Assembly (NCBI GenBank): GCA_965235115.1
Contig: OZ249436.1
Span: forward strand, 20,338,001 to 20,402,000
Direction of reading: 5' to 3'
Source of the DNA: Laetmonice hystrix
Lineage: Eukaryota
DNA length: 64,000 nt
How positions within the stretch are numbered: position 1 is the first letter of the stretch; each line of letters begins with the position of its first letter. The notes beneath the pieces are model-generated. The model had not been told where the DNA came from. It made no database searches and saw nothing but the letters and a program-made list of their open reading frames with translations. Of this stretch, positions 51,126-61,969 are shown piece by piece. A program made the position numbers and the translations under genes.

Positions 51126-52780
51126 GCACCCTACAGTGCTCTGTCGTTTGGCTCCACGTCGGAGGTCTCCCGCACCACGAACCCTCCCGGAACTGGTGTG
51201 AACGCGTCCAGGGTGTGAACGCCAGCCATGGTTGCCGTGAGCCGAGGTTTAAGTGTTAATACAACATTAGACTGGGTTCCTATGTTACGATCACCCGCTT
51301 ATTTGTTCACAATGTGGTAAGCTACCCTGGGCTCATTATCAAGTGTGTTCATTGGTCAGTGTCGACCATTGACCCGTGCATGACCCGGAGAAACTCTTAG
51401 GTGTGAACCCGCCCTCAGTGGTGGCCTGCAGCAACCAGCCGAACGACAGGTCACGTTAGCGGTAGGTAATTTTAATGGTAACTTTGGGATTCACTATTAA
51501 TTCGTATTGCCGCCCCTAGTTGTGAGCAAGGACGGGTCGGCGCGTTCCCATGTAAACAGAGGATGTGTAATTCACACACAGATTTGATCTTTCTTTGTCA
51601 TTTGAAAAAAAAAATCTTTTTTTTTTAGTCATATGGAAACATGCAAACCATGCAAACCTTCAAATTCGTAACCATCTTCTTCATGCGAGTTATGCGTACA
51701 TAAAGGATTGTGATTGGTGACATGTTTCAGCATGTACACCCATGTGTGTTTGGGGGGTGGGGGTGGGGGTAGGGGGGTGCGTGCGTGGGCCAGTGTTGCC
51801 AGGTCGATATGTTAATATAGGTTCACGGGCCTGAGGCACGCGTATAATTTGTTTATGTCATAAAATAAAGCGTAACATAATATTGACACCAGTTCTTCAC
51901 CAGCTGTCAATACAGCTGTGAAGAATTCACCGTTTCATGGAAAGACCAGAATCGAGAGTTTTGTCCAGCTTAAGTAGGGCTGCTTTGCTAATTCTTTTAA
52001 TCCAGGTTTGATTTTGTTTCCCCGGCCAGGTGTCAAGGTGTAATGTTTTAAGACGATTTAATAGTTCATAGGCAGATCCAGGGGGGCACAACAGTAGCGG
52101 ATCCAGCGGGGGGGGGGGGGCTTTGGGGGCTTAAGCCCCCCCCCCCAGCTGACTCCAGGGTTATCATTTTGCAGTGTGTTTACGGCGCACCTAAGAGCTA
52201 GGTTTTATGTACATACATCAAGCCACCCCACCCCCACCCACCCCCACACCCCGTTGCAAAATGCTAACTTATGACTCAGAAGTCCTATATACAACATAAG
52301 AGCATTAGTAATGCAAACAATCGTGAATTGTTTTCCTGTGCCCCCCCCCCCCCTTTCGTGAAATCCTGCATCCGCCAGTGCAGTGTAATAGGCCTACACA
52401 TGTACACGGTTATGGAAACTAGAAAGGGTATTCAACACAGTCATCACTTCTGAAATCAGCAAATGTCCACGCGACTTATTATTATTATATAGATATAATA
52501 TTATGATTGTGACCTAAGATATTCTAGTATGGTCGGGCGTGGCACTCGTCAAAAAACCTGGCTTGAAAAGTTCATGTCTGCTTGACTCTATAAACTGGAG
52601 ATAAGTGCCGCCGGTTCTGGAAAAGAGTACGCGTTCCTCTAGTACTATTTGACTACATGTCCTCATGGATTTACGTAATTATTACACTCACTGCATGGCT
52701 GCAGTTCTCAGATACACCTAAAGTGCCAAAGTTGTTCTGGGATTATTAATTATATTTATTTTGTAGGACTCACTGTGAAG

Positions 52781-52911
52781 ATGCCGACTCGCGGGACAGC
52801 GTGGAGCACGGTTGTATGTGGCAGTCTGACTGTGTGTGTTCTCTGTTTCCTGTTCACTGTGGGAATCCCAATTCTCATCACAGGAATCGTCCTTCTAGCA
52901 ACAGAGGCACG
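52781..52911 (+). CDS. Coding exon 1 of a ~188-aa two-TM, PPxY-tail membrane protein (MPTRGTAWSTVVCGSLTVCVLCFLFTVGIPILITGIVLLATEAR)
   Basis: Acceptor ttttgtag| at 52766, AAGATG start context, hydrophobic helix, donor G|GTAAGA at 52912, phase 2. Confidence 0.85.
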
Positions 52912-53342
52912 GTAAGATGGCGCTTTTCTGCATTTTTAACAGATGACAAACATATTATTCGCTCAGCGTGATAATATCGTTATAATGGTGTTCACATGTA
53001 ATGATATGCTTCATTTGGCGCTGGATTTGACAAAAATTCTCTCAAAGAATCATGTCCAAGTCAGTTAGTAATTTATGAAAAGAATGCGTAGAAAACTCCA
53101 TATTTGAAGCGCGCCTGTGTATGGTCACCGCTTTTCTTACATAAGCAGCACTCAGTTCCATGCAATGTAAAGATTTTATATAGGATTTACGGAAGATTAT
53201 AATTCCTCAGAGCGGATGATGCTCTTTCAACATGGATTATTAACAATTACTGTGTGTCCTTACTATATTATTATTATGATTACCGAGGTGTTTGTTTGAA
53301 GTGAATCCTTTCTTAATATAAATTTCGAGAGATAAAGATTAA

Positions 53343-53778
53343 AAGGGCATATTATGAGGAAACGTTAAAAATCGGTATTTCCTATAACTTTTGCTGTTTT
53401 CATAAAGAAATCCTTCATTAAAATTGCTTAGTAAACAAAGACAGACTTATCCGTTTCATTTTGCGTGAGAAATCGAAGTTTATTAAGCTCCCTTGCCCGC
53501 TTCTCTGCAAAGCACGTGACTAAGCACATGCAGAGCGTGCACACACAGGATGTGACACAGTATGCAATTACACGGGTTGATGGGGGGGTTGGCGGGAGAT
53601 GTGCTATCGGGAGAAATCTATAGGTTTGGTCGTATAGAACCTACTTGTGCTGCATACGCAGCGAAAACACGTCAGAGGACAAAATGCTGTGGTAGGATTA
53701 TTTACTTGGATCCCTAGTACACGGTCATGTTGGATAATTGCCGGAAATCCTCAAAAACGTGTTTCATAGCATGCCCCT
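53343..53778. mobile_element. TTAA-flanked element copy 2 (internally deleted), intronic
   Basis: Homologous to 25096-25625 with TTAA on both sides; lacks ~77 bp plus ~15 bp internally. Confidence 0.9.
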
Positions 53779-54037
53779 TTAAGTACATCGTGTCTATGAC
53801 TGTCTATACCAGTAGGTATATTGTTGCCAATATCGCCTCACGTACAGGTCTTCCATATAATTTTATAAAGACGTGTTATTAAATTTACTATGAACGAATT
53901 TAGTTTTCATTTATTTGTGTTTGAATAACATCCATCGGATGTCGTGAGTTTCTGATTAATTGCTGTCCTGGCCATTATTAGGCGTTTATCGATACGGGGT
54001 CCGGGAGAGGTAATCAATAAACGAGTTTCCGTTCCAG

Positions 54038-54197
54038 TGATGGGTTCAGGAACGCTGGAGTCGTACTCCTTGTCATCGCCCTTCTCCTGATTGTGGCTGG
54101 CCTCGTCCTCGCCACGCTGACGGTCGTCTGCGCTATCAACGACACACATCCAACTGTGTCTGCAGCTACTGACAGGGCGACACCTGCTGGCGACACG
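54038..54197 (+). CDS. Coding exon 2 (DGFRNAGVVLLVIALLLIVAGLVLATLTVVCAINDTHPTVSAATDRATPAGDT)
   Basis: Acceptor tttccgttccag|, phase matches exon 1 (CG+T=Arg), second TM helix, donor G|GTAGGC, phase 0. Confidence 0.85.
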
Positions 54198-54380
54198 GTA
54201 GGCCTAGAAATTAATTAAATCAGCAGCAGCCATGAAAACAACATTATGACGGAATCATTCTTATTATAATATGTAAAGCCATTTTTGTAGAACTAGATTT
54301 AAACAATCAATAGATCTTTGGTTTGTGAGTTAATTTTAACGTCATACGAAGAAACGTAGACTTCTGTTCCTCTTCCAGCC

Positions 54381-55218
54381 ACATTGTAAACATCGAATTA
54401 TGCTGGACGTCTCACGTTTCACATTGTAAACATCGAATTATGCCGGACGTTTAACGTTTCACATTGTGATGATCGTATTATACTGGACGTCTCATGTTTC
54501 ACATTGTAAACATCAAATTATGCCGGACGTCTCACGTTTCATATTGTAAATATCGAATGATGCTGGATGTCTAACGTTTCACATTGTAAACATTGAAGTA
54601 TGCTGGACGTCTCACGTTTCACATTGTAAACATTGAAGTATGCTGGACGTCTGACGTTTCACATTGTAAACATTGAAGTATGCTGGACGTCTCACGTTTC
54701 ACATTGTAACATCGAATTATGCTGGACGTCTCGGGTTTCACATTGTAAAATCGAATTATGCTGGACATCTCAGGTTTCACATTATAAACATCGAATTCTG
54801 CCGGACGTATCACGTTACACATTGTAACATCGAATTATGCTGGACGTCTCAGGTTTCACATTGTAAACATCGAATTATGCTGGACGTCTCAGGTTTCACA
54901 TTGTAAACATCGAATTATGCTGGACATCTCAGGTTTCACATTGTAAACATCGAATTATGCCGGACGTCTCACGTTTCACATTGTGAACATCGAATTATGC
55001 TGGACGTCTCACGTATCACATTATAAACATCGGATTATGCTGGACATCTCAGGTTTTACATTGTAAACATCGAATTATGCCGGACGTCTCACGTTTCACA
55101 TTGTAAACATCGAATTATGCCGGACGTCTCACGTTTCACATTGTAAACATCGAATTATGCTGGACATCTCAGGTTTCACATTGTAAACATCGAATTATGC
55201 TGTACGCCTCACGTTTCA
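54381..55218. repeat. Intronic minisatellite, ~40-bp unit (ACATTGTAAACATCGAATTATGCTGGACGTCTCACGTTTC), ~21 copies
   Basis: Direct tandem repetition. Confidence 0.96.
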
Positions 55219-55601
55219 TCGGTTTGAACACCCTCTCCCCCCCCCCTTGACGCCTCTTTTTTAAATTGCAAACTTGACTCCTGTTGAACTCCCTTTTTAC
55301 TCAGCTTTCCTGTTTTTATCTTTTTAATGTGTCAGCTTTCCCTGTTGCCCTCCCTTTTCAAAAGTCCTGGGTCCAAAGTCCGGCTTAATAGTTATTCTCC
55401 TAGGGATCAAGATGTCAGTATAAGCCGTAGATTCTATACCGTTTTAATTAACACAACATGAAAACAATAACGTCTGGCTTTTCACGACATCCCGTTGTAA
55501 TTAGTTGACATGGACATCCAGGCTATTGTTATATCTGTACGTGTATAACTGTTGGCTGAGCAGTAGGCTAGTCTTTCACAGTCATAATGGTGATGTTTTC
55601 A

Positions 55602-55602
<1 letters not shown>

Positions 55603-55663
<61 letters not shown>

Positions 55664-55710
55664 CCGCTCTCTCTCTCTCCCCCCTCTTCCCTCGCTCTCT
55701 GTCTCTCTCT
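55603..55710. repeat. (CT)n microsatellite upstream of the exon 3 acceptor
   Basis: Read directly. Confidence 0.97.
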
Positions 55711-55754
55711 AACGCGACTATCAATGTATTAGATATTTGATATTTTCTCGGCAG

Positions 55755-56030
55755 GTGATCGTCGCTGCCGGCCAGTCTTCCCCTTATTACGGTCCTGCTC
55801 CAATCGTCCAACAGGGCCTGCTTCATGGGCCGCCCCCGCCCTCGGTCCTGTGCTATCCAGTCCCAGCGACCCTGGACAGACCGCCACCATACTCGGAGTT
55901 GGCGGACAGGGAATCGGCTTACCCTGGAGAGTCGAGGCCGCCCCCCTACTCGGGTATCCCTGAGCCCGCCTCCGCCTATACACAGAGATACGTACAATTC
56001 ACTCCACAGGTTGACAATAACGCCGGCTAG
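55755..56030 (+). CDS. Coding exon 3, Pro/Tyr-rich tail with two PPPY motifs, ends TAG
   Basis: Acceptor ttttctcggcag|GTG in phase 0; DRPPPYSE and SRPPPYSG; total CDS 131+160+276=567 nt. Confidence 0.88.
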   Translation: MIVAAGQSSPYYGPAPIVQQGLLHGPPPPSVLCYPVPATLDRPPPYSELADRESAYPGESRPPPYSGIPEPASAYTQRYVQFTPQVDNNAG

Positions 56031-56320
56031 GATGGTGGATGATGATAGTTGTAATTATATTTTTATATGTTGTGCCAAACTGTGATAAACAAATCAAAAA
56101 TCGATTAGTAATAATGTACGCGCCCAGAGAAGGGTGGACAGTTTACCAGAAGTATAACCCTTCTCTATGATAATTGATGGAGGTAAACCCAGACGGAGTA
56201 TTAAAACGGTCCCAACAACAACCGATTCGATAAACAATAACATTCAACCGCTTCCTCTACCATATCGGCCTTGAATGATTCTCATTTTATATAATTATAT
56301 ATTATTTCTTTTTAGTCTTC

Positions 56321-56326
56321 AATAAA
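56321..56326 (+). terminator. Candidate polyadenylation signal AATAAA
   Basis: AATAAA ~290 bp after the stop codon, in AT-rich UTR-like sequence. Confidence 0.55.
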
Positions 56327-56333
56327 GCATCCA

Positions 56334-56991
56334 TCGGGTTTCCGGCGAACCGTTGAATATGTGTCTTGGTGTGAAATTTTGTTTTTATTCCTGATAATTT
56401 TGAAGAAATCTGTAATGCCTGCAAATTTGATTACCTTCCAGGGGAGACTTGACGAGATATTAACGTGCCTTTCTCTGGCGAATATCCATATTCGACGGTT
56501 CAATGAGAAATTATTTCAACGCACTCGATAAACTATTTCACGTCAAACCGTTGAATATGAAACTCTGGACCAATTAAGGTAATAATACACGACATTGTAG
56601 TCATCAAAATGTCCACAGCGTCACTTTGTTAGACAAAATGTGTCGTTTTCTCATACCACGAAAGCGTCGAATGACAGACGAGAAGATGAGTTTTCGGCGA
56701 ACCCGTAGAATATGCGTCGAATATCAATAGTTTCCTGCATGGCACTTCCCTGTTAGTGCGTCGAATATGACATGGCTATTTTTAGCCTTCATATCTAGCC
56801 AGAAATTACTGTTAGCGTCGGAAGGATCCGAAAGTATGTCGTGTCGTATCGTATATTAGCAATTCCCATAAAATTAATGAAAAACTACTGATAGATTGAT
56901 TTGGAGGATGTTTGAGAGAGGTAGCAAACTTCAATCGCATTTTTCTTAGTTATGTCTAAACATTATATTCGATGGTTCGCTGGGAACCCGA
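56334..56991. mobile_element. MITE with ~27-bp TIRs and GAATAT subrepeats
   Basis: TCGGGTTTCCGGCGAACCGTTGAATAT ... ATATTCGATGGTTCGCTGGGAACCCGA; CA on both flanks. Confidence 0.8.
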
Positions 56992-57536
56992 CAAAAGAAT
57001 TAAAAGAATCATACAAAGGTATGAATTTCGGACTAGACGACTTCAACCCCCCCCCCCCCCCTTAAAAATCCTGGATCCGGCCCTGCAATATGCTTACACT
57101 TCGTGCGGTAGAATATTGTGACTTTTCAATTTGATTGTTCTCCCCATTATCGGTGATTCGTTTGGACATAACATTGCCTAGTTTAATACTTGCTTGCCCC
57201 TGATATTTTTTCATCTATGAGCGACAGATAGTCGGGTCAGAGTAATGTTTACTAATGCCCATATTATCAACCAATCTGATGACAATAACACAACCCTACA
57301 CTATAGTTCAGATACAAGTCACGAGAGGGCGCCATCTATAGGCCTCCCGTACGAGAATCGTAGACTATGATATCCTTGTGTAGCAAACTTAAGGCGGATC
57401 CAGGGGGCACAGGGGGCACGTGCCCCCTTTAGCTTCACGAATTATATGCCTATAGGCTATGCACGGCTATAGAGCTACTCTTTTTTAATTATTATTTTAA
57501 CACTGACGGTGTATCTCAGGGAAACCCCGAGCTATT

Positions 57537-57697
57537 ATGAAGGAAATAGAAATTTTCAGTAACCAAATCAAATACTGGAAACGGCTGACAACAGCAAAAG
57601 ATAACAGCTTTCTATACGATGCATTTAAAGAAAATGAACATATGATAAGGAATGAACAGCCATGTTGGCTAAAGACAGTAACGGAAACCCTACATAT
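57537..57697 (+). mobile_element. LINE ORF2 C-terminal fragment
   Basis: IKYWKRL...LYDAF....W LKTVTETL resembles the 'KYWxRL...W...V..IL' post-RT region of invertebrate non-LTR elements; judged by eye. Confidence 0.55.
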
Positions 57698-58748
57698 AAC
57701 TAGACACGTTGTGGCGACACCACAATTGATCCCATCCCCGGGGAGTCACGTCATATATGACACGTTCTGAGTAGGGTACACATATGGCTCAATCTTGTGC
57801 AATTAATGACTTATAAGCTCCAGAAGAGGTAAATGACGTAATTACGAGGTGACACGTCAGGCTACGTAATAAATCCTGGTCTCAAATGAAAGAGCATGTA
57901 TATAGAGCAAAGCATTTCGGCTATTATGAACTGGTTGAGTGATGAATCCACAAAATATAATGCCCTAAAAGGCGGGAAATCGCTTCTAAGAGCTTTTAAT
58001 TTTTAAAGACTTCCCGAGACCCCTCTGCTGAAAATCCTGGACCCGTGGCTAGCCTAGCAATAATTTTTTGTCAATTCTTAAAAAAAGAGTGGGGATATAG
58101 AGGGATGTGCCCACGCCCGGCGGCGCCGGGCGGCGCCGGGCGGGCCCACCCGACACCGATTTTAGCCGCATGGCACAAAACTAAAATAGTTCAAGTGCTG
58201 CCCGGCAGGAATTTCTATCAGGCCTATCATCTGAAAAAAAGTTCCCCCCATCTGCACCTCTTGCCAACTGAAAACCTTGTGCCTTCGCTGCTAGCGCAAA
58301 ACTACCGCCTGGCACTCATTTTTTTCTGGGCACATCTGCCCCTGGCAAGTTGACACTGACAAGACTTAAGTGCTTTCCTATATAATTTAGTATTATACAA
58401 AAATGATAGCATCAGACATACAACTTAACAGTTCAATGTGTCTAATTACAGTACTAATTTTCTCTTCTTCATCCCGGGGAAATGTTTTATAACAGATGTA
58501 TTCACCCTTGTTAACATTTCTTTTTGGTATTTGGGAGAGTCGTCGCTTGAGTTTTGAAGTTTTAATTCCTGAGGCACACGGTTGTCCCGCTTCGACCAAT
58601 ATGTCACGAGGCAGTCAGTGTCTATATGTTCCTCATAGTCAAATCTATATCTCTGTCCTTTCTCTCCTCCTTCTTCCCTAGTCTCTCTCTCTTGGTGCTC
58701 TTATATATCCCCTCGTTCACGTTTTTGCCCCATGCAATCCCAGTCTAA

Positions 58749-58930
58749 AGGCCGGTTTATAGTTCGTCGGTCGACCATCGGCCGACCATCGCTGAACGTT
58801 TATAGTTCAGCGATCCGGCCGTCGTCCGACCGATCGCTGAGAGTTAAACCTAGGTGAACTTTGACCTGACGTCGAGCGATGGTCGGCCGATGGTCGGCCG
58901 ATGGTCGGTCGACGGACTATAAACCGGCCT
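58749..58930. mobile_element. Short palindromic MITE
   Basis: CTAA|AGGCCGGTTTATAGT ... ACTATAAACCGGCCT|TTAA; internal CGACCATCGG repeats in inverted orientation. Confidence 0.88.
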
Positions 58931-60889
58931 TTAAGGATGGCCAATGGTCATTGGCTGGTGGCCCACGTCCAATTAACTGACCGCCCCTGACCGGCTCCTT
59001 TGATTGAGAGCTGCCGCCCGATGGCTGGCATGTTATATGACTGAGAAGGTACATCTTCCATAAACAGTCCTTAAGTATTTCTCACAGAGCGTTACCCTTC
59101 TCCCTTCCCGTAGACCCGCGCAAGTGATGGCTGCATCTATTGTGTGTGCCGCTCGCCAGGACGACTGCATACCTGTCTACTGTGCACACCGTTCGTTCAC
59201 TTCTATCTCTCGCCATTTAGCCAACACGTAGTCATATATCATGAAACTTTACCAATAGGTGCGAATGTCATCCACGCCAGACTGTTGGCTCAGGCTGAAA
59301 CCAAGTGCAGCTGACCAAAAGTTTGTCGTGTCACTTGAACTCCACAACCAACAATCAATAGTATTGTTTTGTTTAGCTCTCCTAGGCCTAATTAAGATTC
59401 AAAAACAAATGCATTAGGCAGTTACACCTACAGTTCAATGGCGCAGCTAATTCAGTTATCTCAGTTCTGAATACACAATCATATTCCCCCAACCCCAACC
59501 TGACTGGGAGGGAGGGGGGGGGGGGAGTAGTCACAACAGACCGACCGGCCGGCCGCCGGCGGCCCTTATCACCAACACTTACGTAACCCTCTGCCGACCC
59601 TGGCCCTGGCCTCACTGCGGGTGATTTGTGTATTCTGAGATGCCACCTGTCACAGTGTAAAAATATTATTGTGAAGACTATACCCATTAAAACTTACAAT
59701 TCTGGCCATATTACCTTTCCAAGAAAAGAACTAAACAGTCAGTGGTATACCTGAATCTATACACTTTGTAATTGTTGTATTTGTATATATGGCTATCTTA
59801 AACACGTTTCAAGGTAGAGCCTGTAACGTCAGATTACATTATTTCATCATAAATAAAAAAATATTGGTAAATTTATGAAAAGAAATATGCAAAGTGAGAG
59901 TGTTTCTGCCGAATATTGTCGAATTTTACCAAAAAATAGAGAAGCAGAAGCAATTTAACCGATTTGTGACCAATGACCCAGTTCACCCTAAGGTCAAGGG
60001 CCAAAGGTCAAATCAAGGCTCAAATTCAGGCAGCACCTTTGGCCGATTATGAGGCCATGACGGGTTTTTAAAAAAATTCCCAATATGAGCTTAAAGATGG
60101 CTTCAATTTTCATAATACGTTTGAAGTCATCACGTCATGACGTGACGTCACATGACGTCATGATTCGATACCTGACCAAACTTTGTCATTGTCAAGATGT
60201 GTGCCAAATTTCATTTCGATATTTTGAAAATTAACTGAGATAGACATAAAAGTTTACTCCAACTACTACTACTACAACTACGACGCCAAAAATAATACAG
60301 AAGACGAAACCACACAATTTCAAAATCCCATCCCCTCCGTAGGGGATGGGATAACTAGACACGTTGTGGTGATACCACAATTGATCCCATCCCCTGGGTG
60401 TCCCGTCTGACATGTTCTGACTACAGTTAACTATGTTGGAACTGCCCACATCTTGGCTGGCGATACCTAAGGTACCTATCTTGTATAGCGTACCATCTCT
60501 TACCTTGAAGGCCTACCATCATCAGGTCATTTTCCTAATTATTGCTTGATTTGCTGAGGTATAGACAAATAACGCAGACATACAAAGATATGAGATGAAA
60601 ATATACGACTTCTAAAGGCGCCCTCTATCGTGGAGTTGCCACCTAGCGGCACAAATTGATACACAGTGGACTAATTGCACCTTTCAGGAGGCCACTTATA
60701 CGAAGGATAGGTCTATAGAGATATAATAAGGAACTTACTAGTAGAATCATGTAACAATACAAATTGAGAGAGGAAAGTAGGGGATGGACGAAGGAAGAAA
60801 GGGTCGGATTGTTGTTCTCCATAGAGGTCTATTGCCTGCCAGACTCTACGGCCATGATGGAACTGCCGACATCTATAGGCGGACGATAT

Positions 60890-61215
60890 ATGGGCAATTA
60901 CATCTGAGCCTTGGCCCAATGGCTGGGCAATTAAATCTGAGCCTTGGCCCAATGGCTGGGCAATTAAATCTGAGCCTTGGCCCAATGGCTGGGCAATTAA
61001 ATCTGAGCCTTGGCCCAATGGCTGGGCAATTAAATCTGAGCCTTGGTCCAATGGCCGGGCAATTAAATCTGAGCTTTGGTCCAATGGTCGGGCAATTAAA
61101 TCTGAGCTTTGGTCCAATAGTCGGGCAATTAAATCTGAGCTTTGGTACATGCAGTGGCCAGGCAATTACAACTGAGCTTTGGAACAGTGGCCGGCCAATT
61201 ACAGCTGAGCCTTGT
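60890..61215. repeat. Minisatellite, 33-bp unit (GGGCAATTAAATCTGAGCCTTGGCCCAATGGCT), ~9-10 copies
   Basis: Direct tandem repetition. Confidence 0.95.
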
Positions 61216-61969
61216 TACAGTGGTTGTGCCATTATAGTATGAGAGGCCGCATTGGATGACTTGGCAATATCTTCATGCAGCAACAGTAGGCCTACAGTGG
61301 ACGGGCAATGAGATCGGAACCTTATGCCGACCGGCGTAAAACCTCCACTACTCACTATGCATATTAGGTTTGTATAGGTATCCAAGATCTACATTTAGAA
61401 CAAGCTATATGACAGATAAACTATCATTTACACGATACCTCAATGTACATCATCCTCGCTAGAGCTATATTGTGTGAGAATCCTGAAACCCTTTTTGAGA
61501 AGATAGGCCTAACTAAATCTATAGGGGTTTACCATGAGAGTGAGGAGATGATCCAGGTGAACCCCTGTAAACAGAAAAACCAAAGTGCAGCTTTGCAGAC
61601 TCGCAAACAGAAAGAAGGCCTTTACAAACAACCACGCTCAGTGTGGGGGCAATATCAGACTGAAAGGTTAAAGAACTGTATTATTGGGTTGTTTCACGAA
61701 TGTACTTCAAGGGTCTCATAAGTGTACTAATATGCACAACTTACCTTATTGATCCATTAGAGGGTGATGACCGTTTATGTCAAGCCTTGGGCGGAGCAGG
61801 GGCCCCGTTCTGAGGTCAAAACACCAGCAAATATACCACAGCGGAAGGTAACGCCTGAACCGTTCGAATCAGGAAAGGCTGAAACAAAAACAAATTACGG
61901 ACTTCAGCTCAACTGGAACCCAGAATTAACTAAATAAAGCGAAAGTGCTACAACTCAAAATCAAATTGG

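Noticed and set aside
53907..54196. Minus-strand ORFs (also 55599-55997)
   Set aside because: Antisense shadows of the real + strand exons and the (CT)n tract
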